DNA of 64,000 nt, taken from contig OZ374564.1 of NCBI GenBank assembly GCA_977862235.1, positions 558,001-622,000 on the forward strand, given 5' to 3'. Positions 39,111 through 51,700 of the stretch are shown here, piece after piece. Origin of the DNA: Dudresnaya verticillata. Lineage: Eukaryota. The first letter of the stretch is position 1. The number at the start of each line of letters is the position of its first letter. Under the pieces are notes generated by a model. The model was not told the DNA's origin. It searched no databases and saw only the letters and a program-made list of their open reading frames with translations. The position numbers were made by a program, and so were the translations under genes.

Positions 39111-41384
39111 CTAATCCGATAACAGGTCAATAACCTCATCCTCACCCAACGGAGGATTCGGCTTGGGCGCCGAGTGAGATACGACGACACGTCGCACCTC
39201 GCGTACGACGTGACGACTTTCCCCTCCGCGATGCAGACCGCGACCACACCGACTCCCCTCTAACTCGTTTAACGCACAGCGACTGGCCGTTGGCTGGTCC
39301 ACTTCCATGGCACCAACGCCATCAGTCTGGCTACACTGTACGAGTGGGGCTACTTCGTCTTCTTCCTTAACGACGAGCTCAGTCTTCACGACGACCTCGT
39401 CTTGAGGGGTTACGTTAGACTCGCCAACAGTGGGCGAAGGCCCAGTCTCGATATTCGTAGGCTTCAAGCTCTCCTGGCCGGTGCCACTTGGTTTAACCAC
39501 CAGGGAGTCGCCCTTAGAATGACTAGCATCGGGCTGGCCCCGAGAATCGTCTCGGGGAGAGATGTTGAGGAACTCGCCAGTAGCGACGAAGCCAGACATG
39601 TGCGTCGTAGGAGCAGCCGGGGCCATCGTCGATGATGAGGCGCCCGCTGTATTGATCGGCTTGGGAGCCGAGTGGGATGTGGTCACTCCATGACTGGCCG
39701 AAGGTGCCACAGCTGACTCTTCACGAGGAACCACCGAGATGTCACCACCTGTCATAGCGCGCGGATCCAAGCCCTCGACCTTAGCCGATTCCTTCTTCAC
39801 TCGCGGCGTCGCAGAATGGCCAACGCCCAAACGCGGTTTGATGTCAACATCATCGGGGTATCCCTTCAAGGGCGGGAACCTTGACAAGTGGGCACGAAGT
39901 TTCTCTAAACGCTCCACAGGACCCGGAGTCCTCATCCAATTGGACTCATAGTCCACTATGACCTCCTCGACCCAGTCGGCGAGGCTATTAACGGTGAGAT
40001 TCCGTAGTTCCCAATGCACCGCGAGGCGGATAGCCAAACCTCGTTTGTTGAAGACGTCACGCAAGACGTGATTGGCCTTACCGCGGCCAGTTAACGCCGT
40101 CGCGTACGGACCTTGAGACTGACCATCGACAGTGTCGTCGAATGACGGGACGTCCCCTGGAGTCTCCGGACCGGGGTCCTGCCAAGTGGTGCTCACCCAC
40201 CCTTGCGTCACACCGGTGATGTGGGCTCCCTCATCCAAGACCAGGGGTCTCTCCTCTGTCGGCTCAGGCTGAATCAAGAAGTCCAGCAACACCGGATGCC
40301 AATCTTTTGGGTCAAAGTCCACCCAATCTCCTCGGTCATATACAGGAGTGAAGTGACCGGTGTTCTCCGGGAGATGAAGATTCCGTTTGGAGATTCGGCT
40401 CCACCGAATGCGGTCTATAAAGACCAAAAGGGCCCTCAAGTCCTGTGCGTCATCGGCGTCCGCCAACAGATTGTCGATACCCATCTCCTTGATGGCAGCG
40501 CGAAGGGGCTGGCTGATGAAATACAGCATCCCATGACGGGCCTCATAGACGAGAGTCTGAGCGACTAAGACGATCCACTCCTGTCGAAAAAGACTCCAAA
40601 GGACACTCTCGTCCATGGCTCGTGCCATCATGTTCAACCCGAAGTAAGCCACAATAGTGGGTGTTCCCACGGGCATAGAGTATGACACTTCGTACGACGC
40701 ATGGTCGTCAGGGATCTGAGGGTACTTCGCCCTATAATATTCTGGTTTGATGGCAACCACTTCTTGACAGTGACACGGGATGAGACACCCCGTCTTGTGG
40801 CGCTGACGTCGCTCGAAACGCGAATACGCTAACGGCTTGGCCGTTTGCGGATTGTCAAGGGCGTACTTGAGATTCGTGGACTCATCCCAGCGAGCGATGC
40901 GGGCTAACGTATACGGGTAATTATCCCGGCCCTTCCGAATCAGCGGACGAGCGTGGTTGACCATACGCAGGTCCCACCCTCCACGCGAGTGGATTTCACG
41001 CAACATCTCCAAGTGGTAGTTCAGATTCCCCGCCACGCTGTTCGTGAAGAACACCTCATGCCTGAATCGCACATATGCGAGATCCCACAGATAGCATGAC
41101 GCCTCTCCCTGAAGGCCGGGAACGAAACGGTTTGTGCCGGCCAACATCTAAACACGCGCACAGCTCACGCTGTTCCACATCCGGCTTTGCGCCACGCGCC
41201 CACCGCGTCGTTGGATATCTTCCCGACCAGCCCCAGCACGGGCTTTGATGTGGGCCAGGTCGGTACGGACCAACCAGTCGCGACTGTGCTTGAGGGCCAT
41301 CGGCACGCCCGCCGAGTCTACTTCGTGGCCGAGGACGCTCGCGCTAGATCCAACCTCCCCATACGCAAGGCCGGAGTTATTCAT
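39111..41384 (-). pseudogene. Element C antisense accessory ORF: 678-aa open segment plus an in-frame upstream piece
   Basis: 39111..41147 is separated from 41148..41384 by one in-frame TAG; contains YEVSYSMPVGTPTIVAYFG...LWSLFRQEW. Confidence 0.8.
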
Positions 41385-42153
41385 CTCAGAGATGAGCGCG
41401 CAACAATGTCGCGAGACGTGGCACGTTTCCTGGATCGCGAGTGGGGTAGTCCCCCAGATATTCTTCTAAGGCACGGAGGCCTTGTCTTCGGTATACGCGT
41501 CGGCTCCAGAGCCGAACCCTAAGGTGGCGAGCGCGACCTGAACTTGCTTCTAAGGCGCGGAGGCCTTCCTTGAAACACGTCGGCTCCAAAGCCGATCGTC
41601 AGAAAGGCGAGCGCAACCTGAATCGGTCGAGCGATGCTTCTGGGCGAAACGACGCCAGTCGTCTGGTGACGCAATCGTGTTGTGCCACGAGACGAAGGTG
41701 AAACGCTCCCGCGCGCTGCGCAGCACGGCAGGAAGAAGCGCCCAAACACGACTCGAGTCGTTGCGAAGTGGCTAGGGTGAAGGGGGGCGGAAGTGCGATG
41801 ACGGAAGAGGGCAGACTCGCAGGAGTGTTGATGTTGCGAGTCGAGTCGGTGGATGACCGAGAGAGCGAAAGGGGCACAGTCGGCTCCGCGCCGAGGTTGA
41901 AATAGACGCCCCGTCTCGTGTGTCGCGTTGTCGATACCAGCCGTGGCGCCAAAGGCGAGCCACCGACGACGGATCTTGCCGGGCTGATCTGGCGCAGGCA
42001 CCGACGACCGTTCGCGGATGCTTCTAGAAATTTGAAAATACCGCGCTTGGCTGGGCCAGTCTTTTCGGCGAGATTTCCTATCCCAACGGTCGGAACCGTT
42101 GGAAACAGCATTGCTGTACTGAGCGGGGTCGCTCAGTTTTAAGAAGGGGGCCG

Positions 42154-42818
42154 TGTGGAATAATGAGGGCCCGAGCGCTGTAAGCAAACACGTGTACAGA
42201 CGACGCCTGTAAGGCGTGAGGCGCCCGAGGGTGCGATGATTGAGATGGCCGAGTCCCATTGGTTGATTAATCATTGCCACCCATATTCTGGGACTGCGTG
42301 CCAGACAGCCAGCGCGCCTGTACCTATTTTTGGCATTGCGCGCCAGACAGCAGCGCGCCGGTACCTCGTAGTGGTACTACCACTCATTCCTACCATTGGA
42401 TTGTAATCCAACCTTAGTGTACAGTATTAGATAACTGTCAGTATTATAACTCCAACTTAGAGTGGGTCGCATTTCCGGCTTCCCGCCGTATTTATTGGGC
42501 CCCTGAGTAGCAGGGGCCCCGCACTAAACCGGCAGCGATGTGTACTTTGGGCTGTACCCATTTTCTGGTCTTCCTACGGTGCCACCGTTGTTCCCTTGCC
42601 TTGGGCGTCTACAAGCCCTATCGTGTACGACGATTGCTCTACGCTGTAGGGTTCGCCTTCCCTTTCCTTGGTTCCTGGGTATTACACCCACTGCAAGTCT
42701 CTACCACACCCCTTTTTCCCTTTTCCTTTGAGCTACCGTCCACCGTGAGTGTTTGTCCCCAGGACAGCTGTCGCGCCGTTTTATCGCCGACTATCTGGCC
42801 GAGGGCCATTCTAATACA
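42154..42818 (+). repeat. 3' LTR of element C
   Basis: Follows PPT AAGAAGGGGG (42141-42150); TGTGGAATAATG...CATTCTAATACA. Confidence 0.85.
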
Positions 42819-43697
42819 CAACATAGCGGGCCCAGCGAGCGATCGGCCCAACGAACAGAAGATACTTGGCCAATGAGGCACAACACCGGCGCACGGACGG
42901 TGAGTGCGCAGACCTAAAACGCGGCCGCCATGTGTACACGTGGCGTACACGTGGCCACCTACAACTGGCGCACATGTGGCCACCTACTACGCCAAGACAC
43001 ACCACGTAGCACGTTGCACACGTGTGATCTGATTGAAGGCCAGACGGAAAAGGAAATTGGATTTGGCCGCAAAACGAAATCAAGGGAAGATGTGGTATAG
43101 TGAAAACCCACGAACTCCGAGACGGACAGCTGGCCTGACTTTCCTTAACGGACGAGAGAAACACTACCTCCACGGGGTGGTAGAGCAGTTCGCACCGAGA
43201 CGGGAGAACAGCGAGCGGCTATCCGAGACGGATATTGGGAAGCAACAGACAAGCGTGTGGTACAAGTGCCGGGACGGACTCCGTAACGGTGGTGGTGGTA
43301 GACCGCAACGGGCTCGGCGCGGGGAAAACCGTAAAGGATTGGGCTAAGGTTGCTTACCTTTACCTTAGGAGCCGCTGCGGTGCCGGTCTGATATGCAAGT
43401 CAGGGTGGCACCGAGCGGTCCGGCCCGTGGGGGCCAGACCCTAGTGGTCTGGACCCATGGTGGAATCGGAACTGCTGGTCCCAATCTCCGACACGGACAT
43501 GCGCAGCATTCTCATTGGCTGGCGGGCTACTCTACACACTGTACAGATACGCACTAAAAATAAAGAATAAATACTACAAATACCCCGCTACGGTTGGTGC
43601 GCTACACTGCTGTACAGCAATACTACCAGCGTACAGCAGTGCGCACAACATCCGACACGGTTACACGTTGCCAGATCATCAGCGTGGCGTATTGCCA

Positions 43698-44688
43698 TGT
43701 TGAGGACATGGTCGCTGGCGCCGCACGTCACGGGTCAGGCACCCCAGATGGCACCCTGGCACGCTGTCACCAAACCTTCCGGAGACGACAGCCCTTTTTC
43801 CGGGCTTCCAAAACCACGGCGCATTTAGGCCTTTTGCAAAAGCAACGTGAAACGGGCTTCTGATTGGATGTTCCAAACCGCCTCCATGGTCTATATGGCT
43901 TACAAGTGTTGTGCTGGAATTGGCGGTTATAACAGGAACGGCCAAGTGGAACGATCTGATTGGACCACATGGATGCACGTGGTATGGCATGGAATGGTAT
44001 TGGTATGACGCGCACTGTACTCCACAAGTACACATGAACGTGCCATGCAATATGCTGATGGCGTCTGAGTTGGTACTGCAGGGACTTGCGCTACGTGGAG
44101 CCTGGCTTGTGATATCAGCAGATGCAGTTGTCGTGCGGCCGACACGTTGGTTTACAGTTGGCACGTAGCTGTCGTGCGGCCGACACGTTGGTTTACAGCT
44201 GCCACGTAGGCAAATCTGGGTGATTACGTGGTCAATGATCCAAGTTGGATATTCATGGACGGACTTCCGCTCGTAAGTGCGGCCACGTGGTGTGCAGTGT
44301 TGTCCGACAGCAGCCATGCGGCGACACTCGATACTTTCAAGTTCTCGCCCAAAGTTAGAGTACATATGGATGGCAGGAAATGCGGTCGCAAGAGGGATTG
44401 CTGATGTCAGCAATTAGCAACATTGGTGTGCAAGTTCCCGCCCATTTTGGTGGCGGATGTGAGTGTGCTGAGAGTATGATTTGGTAGATTTGATTGCTTT
44501 ACTTTTTCCCGCCCATTTGATGATAGGGATGTTGGGCATTTCATTAATGATTTGTTTTGTTTGTGTTCACGCAGCGACTCATCCGAAAAGCTGATATAAG
44601 CCTTGTCGGATGGTCGACTGCAGTAAACGAAGTCAAGCGACTTCCATTTCTCATCTTGTTCAACTTCAACCTCTCCATATTCCTTTCA
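43698..44688 (+). mobile_element. Solo LTR of the Copia-type family with TSD TGCCA, inside the LTR of F
   Basis: TG...CA ends; TGCCA at 43693-43697 and 44689-44693; reverse complement of 58177-59127 and 61378-62451. Confidence 0.93.
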
Positions 44689-44897
44689 TGCCACATCACC
44701 CGTTATGGTCGGCTCGCCGTCGGCGTGCCGCATGAGCGCAACGGCTCCCTTCACCATAGACCTCCCTCCTTAAATGGCGCCACGTCCTCGGGCGCGCACC
44801 GTTGGGGATCACTATCGCTTCCCCACCCACGAACACACACAACCGGTACGGAAGTGTTCTCATCAGTCCCTTCCCCTTCGTGCGCGCTTCTCCCACC

Positions 44898-47433
44898 ATG
44901 TCAGGGGAGAAGAACAAGCGCTCACCGTCGCCCTTTCAACCGACACGGCGTTCCCGCGCTGCTTCCACGACTAGGGTGCAGGGCGCGCTAACCGTTACGG
45001 ATGCTTCGGCTCAAGCGCCGGCTTCTTCCTCGGCGGCAGCGACGCGACCCGCAACGGGCGGTCGTACGAGCGTTGCCGTGACGGAACCTTCACCGGCTCC
45101 ATCAGCGAGCCGAGGGTGGTCGGTCTATGATCCGAATCGGTTTGCTGCGAGCGCAGCCACAAGGACCGCGCTACCAGGGAGTGCAGCGACCCACCGTGAC
45201 GGAGAGGCGCCAACCAAGGCCGCGATGATGCGTTCCGTCGTGGTGGCGAGGACCTAAGCATGGCAGACCTACCGGTCATTCCGTTACGGGCACCATCGAC
45301 ACCGGTATCGACGCCGAGTCGTAGGATGGTGGCTAGTCCACATACTTCATCAAGTACACCGAGACAGATGCGTGGGCCCCCGCAAACCAATCCACCTGCA
45401 CCGGGGCCTTGGTGGCCGGTGGTGCATACCCGTGACGGAGAGGGCCCTGCCCCGAGTGGTTATTGGCCGGGGCACCACTTTGATCATCGCGCGGGGCGCC
45501 CGGCTAGAACCGATGCGGAGAGGGCAAAGATTAAGCCCCCGATGACGGTGGACTACTTCATCGAGAAATATCCAACCGTCTTGGAAGCAAGAAGGTACAA
45601 GGCCGTCATGGCGCAACCCTTCAAGGCGAATCAACACCTTGGCGTTTTTCCGAATCGGAGAGAATTTGTATGGCAAAGCCGATGGGTGCATGGCTATTGT
45701 CAAGCGCGGACCTCTACCGTTTCGGATTTGTTGTGGTATCGCTGCCATGGGGAGGTAGGATATACCGTAAAGGTGAGTCACCTGTTGGCCAAAGGTTTCC
45801 GTCTCCGGGGTGCGTTGGTCGGAGTGCAATTAATTTGCTTCGACCGCCCCTATGACCAGTCGTTGTATTGGTTCCGCTATGCTGATGGGTGGAAGGACGA
45901 TGCCGCGACGGAACACCGTTTGCGAACTCGTTCCCGTGATGGAATGCAAGTTGGCTCGCCAATCCTGCATACGTGGAACACTAAGTAGTTCTTCCATCTT
46001 CCGTATCGGGTGCGTCGTGAATTGTACCTTACAGCTCCGTCATGGTGGGATCGTTATGAGGTGACCCGTTGGTTGTCTGTCCCCACGCCTTCCGTCGTGG
46101 CATACTTCTCTGCGGACGTACTCACCGAACGGGAGTGGAATCACAAGAATCCGAACGGAGAGCGCCCCCCGAATCAAGATCAGCTCGATGTACTGTGGCG
46201 CATCTTCCGATCGGAATCTGCAATTCTGGTGCTCTTCTCGTGGCTCCAGGTGGCCTATTACGGAGTACGGTATAATACCAAGTTAGCCGACTGGCGATGC
46301 TTCCCATGGGATGAGGATGACCTGCCCGGAGGAGACTGTGGCCGTATTTTTCAACTTCCCGTAACGGTGATCGCCCTAATTCGCCAAGTCGGCGTAGCCG
46401 ATTTGGTGACGGGGTCGGCGTACCCTCTCCATCGGGTTGAGCGTCCTTTATCCGTACACGGAGAGCAGGATTGGCAACGCACTCCGGGCTTCTTGGGGTA
46501 CAGTTGGGATGAGGACCGTGTCCTATCGGTGCCCCGCTTAGGCCCGGAGTGGGCGAGCCATGTTTCCTTCATCGAGAAGATCCGCGTCCGGAATGGTTGG
46601 CCTTAGAGGTGCAGGCCCATCGGGGCTATGCGCCTCGCCAAGCACCAAGGGATGCGTACCGTGACGGTTTAGACGGGGCTGAAGATTGGGGGGGCTGTCA
46701 GGAGGCAGCGGGGCGTTCGCGTACAATCGACCCGCGCGATTCCGTTACGGTGAGGCAGCAAGAAGCTGACCCCTTCTTGGAAGAACAGGAGGGGGTCAGG
46801 CCCGTCGCATCAATGGCAGCGGGTAGCGAGAATACATCCGCTCCAATCGGAAGTACTCGCAAAGCGCCCAAGTGTCGGGGCAACTGGAGACAAGCCCTTG
46901 GTCCCCGCGTCAAGTTCTGAACCGTTACGGAAAAGCGATATCGCCTCGCCAGAGAAGGACACGAATCCACCGCTGTGGAAGGACGTACCTTCACCCGAGT
47001 CGGGACCATCCGTATTGGTGGTTTCCTCAACGGAGCATTCAATCGAAGCCAGGGTTAGGGATAAGCCGTCGATCTCCCCGAAGGTAGAGTTTCAAGAAGA
47101 TGAGGATCCCCCGTTACGGTTCCGGCTCATTTAGCCGCTACGGAAAGTGGGTTACAGGTGCTACGGGGCATTTGCCGTACGCAGCGCTCCCCATTCCCAG
47201 GATCCGTTCAGGAAGCGCTAACCTTAGCGGAGGGGATGATGGAAAAGGTGATTCATCTCCGCGCAGTGGTCCGTCGTCAGCGTCGGCGCATGGATAGTGT
47301 GATTCGCGTCTTGGGAGACAATACGCAGCGCATATTCCAATCGGATCTGAGTGGGGAACCCGGCTTACGAACGGGTCAGGGGAGCAACGAGGAAGATACA
47401 GTTGCCCCTGCTCCGAGGCGGCGTCGCCGTAAC
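44898..47433 (+). pseudogene. Element F antisense accessory ORF, fragmented
   Basis: MSGEKNKRSPSPFQPTRR..., EHRLRTRSRDG..., YEVTRWLSVPTPSVVAYFS; clearly homologous to 9168-11820. Confidence 0.82.
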
Positions 47434-48745
47434 GGCTCTAAGTTCTCACAGAACATGAGCCGTATACGGAAAAACCTCGACGTCCAGATGTCGTCCCATA
47501 CATTCGATGGGACGGACCCTATTACCGTCTTGGGATTTCTCGCCAAGTTCCATCACGGTTGTATCATCAACGGCATCGCCGAAGGGGTTACCGTCTGGTC
47601 TTCCAGTTTTTCCTTAAAGGACAAGCCGAAGCTCTTCTACAGGATAGGCTTGCTGGAGGTACCATGACGGTTGACGTGGAGCAGGCCGAGATGCTCCGCA
47701 CATATTCCGAGGTGGTGAACTTTTTATTGAGAACCTACGCTACGGATGAAGTGATTGCTGAAGCCTATACGGATGTCAGCAACTTCAGGCAAACATCCGC
47801 CATGACGGAAGAGCAGTTCTCGAACCAGCTCTGGGCCAAGGCTCTCCATTTCGGTACAGTATTTTCCGATCGGGCATTGAAGTCACTGTTCGTTGAAGGA
47901 CTCCTACCGGGCACTCGTCAACAGATGAGAAATTATCTGGCGACGCATTCCCAACTGGATTATCAGGCCATCACTCGCTATGCGACTGGCCTGGGTCAGT
48001 CCCATCGGGCAGCTCGACGCCAAACCGTTCCGGCTCACGTCTTTGATGGGCGCACTAAAGCACGCCCGTCTAAGGTGTTATTGCTGGATTCCGTCTCGGA
48101 TGTACACTATGATCCGCAAGCAGATCCTTCCGTTACGGATGCTCAAGTCTTAGCTATTGAGGGAGGCCACGGTGCTGCTACGGGAACGAGCACGGGGGTT
48201 ACCTTTTCTCCCCCGTACTCCTCGCCCCCGCAAAGCGTCCACCCTACTCCGCCCAGGATGCCACGCGCGCAAGGTCCCCCTTATGGTGGATCTCGCTCGG
48301 CTACTGGGCCCTAACAGCAGCCGAGTCACCGTTACGGAAATAATAACCACGATGGGCGAGGACAGCAGCAACCAGCACCTCCATTACGGGATGAGTCGGA
48401 TCCTCGGGTCCGACGCCTTTACGGAAGTGGTAACTGTCGCATCTGCCTTTCGCCAGAGCACGTTGTTTGCCCATGGATACTTGACTCCGATCGGGTTAGG
48501 CTTATGGAAGAGCACGAGCGCAACTTCCAGAAGCACTACCCTGTAGGCCGCAGGTTCGTAGTAGGCACCAGTTCGAATCCACAAGGGAATCGGGGCAAGC
48601 CGCAAACGCCCCTCCACAACGGAATGCCCCGATACTATCGGTGGAGGACCATGACGGAGTGGAACTCGCAGAATTGCGCGAGCCCATTGAGGCGGATCCG
48701 ACTGGTGCACCCTTGATTTCGGAAAACTCAAGGGGGGATGCGTAA
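47434..48745 (+). pseudogene. gag: Element G gag, 3' half
   Basis: SQNMSRIRKNLDVQM...FLLRTYATDEVIAE matches D gag. Confidence 0.88.
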
Positions 48746-51700
48746 GGGCGCCGCCATCCCCGCCTCACGGCGTTCCACCGCTCGCAAATGTGGACTCGCC
48801 CGGGGATCGGCGAGATACCGTTACGGAACTCCCATTGGCTTATCAGACCACTGATCCTATCTGCTTTATGCAACATCAAATTTATAAGATGCAAATTACC
48901 GTGGGACGGACAGATAGCGTGATGCTTCTTTTAATCTCCGTCTTGGACTCTGGCGCTGGGCCCAATCTCATTAGTGCCAGGCGCCTTCCGCACCAATGAC
49001 TCCCACTGATACGCCCAGCATCCAGCCCTCCATTACGGGATGAGTCAAATCGCGCTATACGCCCTCTTGGTCAAATCCAACTTTTTGTCCGCATCGGAGA
49101 GCTCCGAGCTCGCGTCCATTTTCTAGTGGTCCCGAACTTGGCGGCTCCCTGTATTTTGGGAACTACCTTCATCGACCGCTACGTGAAGGCAATCCTCCCT
49201 CCGTTACGGAAAGTTGTTTTTCATCATTACCCACCGGTATCTCTTGTTGGTCAAGCCAAAACTCCGAAGACGGGTAACGCCGCAACCCTACAGCCCTCAT
49301 CTCTATCCGCCGCTACGGTTTCTCAGAAAATTCGTTTAGCAAGATCTACCCTTATTCCCCCTATGACTCAAACCTCCGTAACGATTAATACCCCCAAGGG
49401 TGGGTTATGCTTTCTACAAAACCGTCCTAAGCTGGCTTTTAAGCACCTTACGTTAATAGCTAATGGTATTATGGATGTTGTACCTAACAAACCGTTTCGG
49501 ATCTGGGTCTGAAATTTTTCTAACAAGCCAGTACGGTTGCCCAAATCTAATGTCGTGGGCCTCGCTACTGCCCCTTCTGCTATTTGTACCGTTGATGGTA
49601 TACCTCCATTTAAGGAGAGGGGAGGAATTATTCAATCATTTAATTCTAACCCTACCTCCGAAAAGGCCAGCAGCATCTGCCCTCACGACAAGGAAGTAAG
49701 CAAACCCGTAACGGAAAATACAAATACTACCGACTGGAAGGATCAAGTCCAGATCGGCACAGAAGAAGCATCGCTCCGCAAACGGATTTTAACCCTACTC
49801 GAGGAATATAAATCGATGTGGAGGGGCGATCTTGGCAACAATACAGCTGCCAAGCACCACATCGAGTTAACTCCCGGAGCGAAGCCAGTATATCAAGCCC
49901 CATACCGTGCCGGACATAAGCAGCGAGATCTCGAAAAGACAGAGATCGATCGCATGCTTTCCGCTAAGGTAATTGAACCAGCCTCATCGGAGTGGGCCAG
50001 CCCCGTGGTTTTCGTTCCAAAAAAGGACGGCACCATGCGGTTCTGTGTTGACTATAGAAGGCTCAATTCCGTAACGGTTAGGGACTCATATCCCTTGCCC
50101 AGGATGGATGAGTGCATAGATTCCCTTGGGGAAGCTACTGTATTTACCACCCTGGATTGCAATAGCGGATATTGGCAAGTCGAGATTCCGGAAGAGGAAA
50201 GGGACAAAACTACCTTCACTAGCCATTTTGGCTTATACCGTTTTCGGAGAATGCCATTCGGATTGAAAAATGCGCCGGCAACCTTCCAACGGGCAATGGA
50301 TATAATCCTTTCTACGGTTAAATGGCAATTTGCCCTCGTCTACCTAGACGATGTAATTGTCTACTCAAAAACCGTTACGGAACATTTCCACCACTTGAAG
50401 GAAGTCCTTACGCTTTTACGATCCGCTGGGGTAACGTTGAAATTGTCAAAGTGTGACTTCTTCAACGCGTCTGTACAATACCTAGGGCATGTTATCCGTC
50501 CCGGAAAATTAGAAGTGGATAATCGGAATATCGAATCCGTTAAGGTCGCGAAGCCGCCGACTAACCAAACGGAATTGCGATCCTTCTTGGGAATGTGCAA
50601 CGTGCATCGTCGCTTTGTACCCAACTTCGCTCGGATTTCAGCACCGCTGAATAAGAAAACCGGCAAGGGCTCATCCTTTGAGTTTGGAATATTATCCGAT
50701 ACGGAATACGAAGCCTTCCAGGAACTGAAGAGACGCCTTATCTCTCCACCTATATTGGCTCTACCCCGTCATGGATATAAATATACGTTGGACACTGACG
50801 CATGTGACCATCAAGTCGGCTGTGTCCTTCTGCAGGAACAACCGAATAGCGATCACCTCCCTATTGGATACTGGAGCCAAAGCCTCACCGATGCGGAGAA
50901 AAATTATACGACAACCGAAAAGGAATGCTTAGTCGTGGTCTGGAGCATGTTAACACTCCGACCCTACCTTTACGGTGATAAGTTTATTCTCCGAACGGAT
51001 CACGATGCTCTGCGGTGGATCCTGAACCTCGCAGACTCATCTGGCCGCCTAGCCAGGTGGAGGCTCCGCCTATCGGAATTTGAATTCGAGGTGCAATACC
51101 GTCCTGGAACTAAGCATCAACTCGCCGATGGGATGTCGCGACTCCGAACGGATGGCGGTGATGATAGACCTTTGGATGAAGAAATACCTTGCTTTGTCGC
51201 CGAAAATACCGTCGACGGATTATATGAGCATGGAGTTTATTTAACCGATTGGGCTACATCACAAGAAACCGCTACGGAAAATAACGTAATATGCGCCGTG
51301 GAGCCCGCCAGTGGGAGTGCATCCGCCTCCCCTGACACGCCTGACGCAATACCGTCACAGTTTACTGTAATCCAAGAATCCGACGAAAAGGATGAGACAA
51401 TTACCAGGGAGGAGTTCCTTGAAGCACAAGACCTTTTCTGCCGTCTCAAAGCCGATACGGTAGGCTCCCCTGGATCACAGTTTGACTATGACCGTAACGG
51501 ATTCTTGGTACGCAAGTCCCAATTAGATGGCGCTCTACAGAAGGTGGTGCCAAACTCCGTGGACGGGTATTGCATTTATCTCACTACACCCTGATGTCGG
51601 GTCACCCAGGTGGAATTAAGATGTATTACACACTCCGACAGGATTATTATTGGCCTCATATGGCCAATGATGTATTTGAATCCGTTCGGACATGTCGCTC

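Larger units (their letters stand above)
6504..42818 (+). mobile_element. Element C: Ty3/Gypsy chromovirus-like element interrupted by B (and D within B)
   Basis: LTR remnant 6504-6809 matches 42512-42818; PBS; gag split by B; pol; antisense ORF; PPT and 3' LTR. Confidence 0.9.
43091..47433 (-). mobile_element. Element F: 3' portion (3' LTR, PPT, antisense ORF) of a D-related Gypsy
   Basis: LTR 43091-44758 is collinear with the D LTR once the Copia solo LTR is removed; PPT CCTCCCTCCTTAAATGG at 44761-44777. Confidence 0.85.

Noticed and set aside
39111..41147. env gene or host gene
   Set aside because: It is antisense to pol, lies between C's LTRs, has homologs in the same slot of other elements and shows no env-like layout.
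43679..44413. 244-aa ORF with repeated counterparts near 58501 and 61702
   Set aside because: It lies within the Copia LTR and its frame is not preserved among the three copies.
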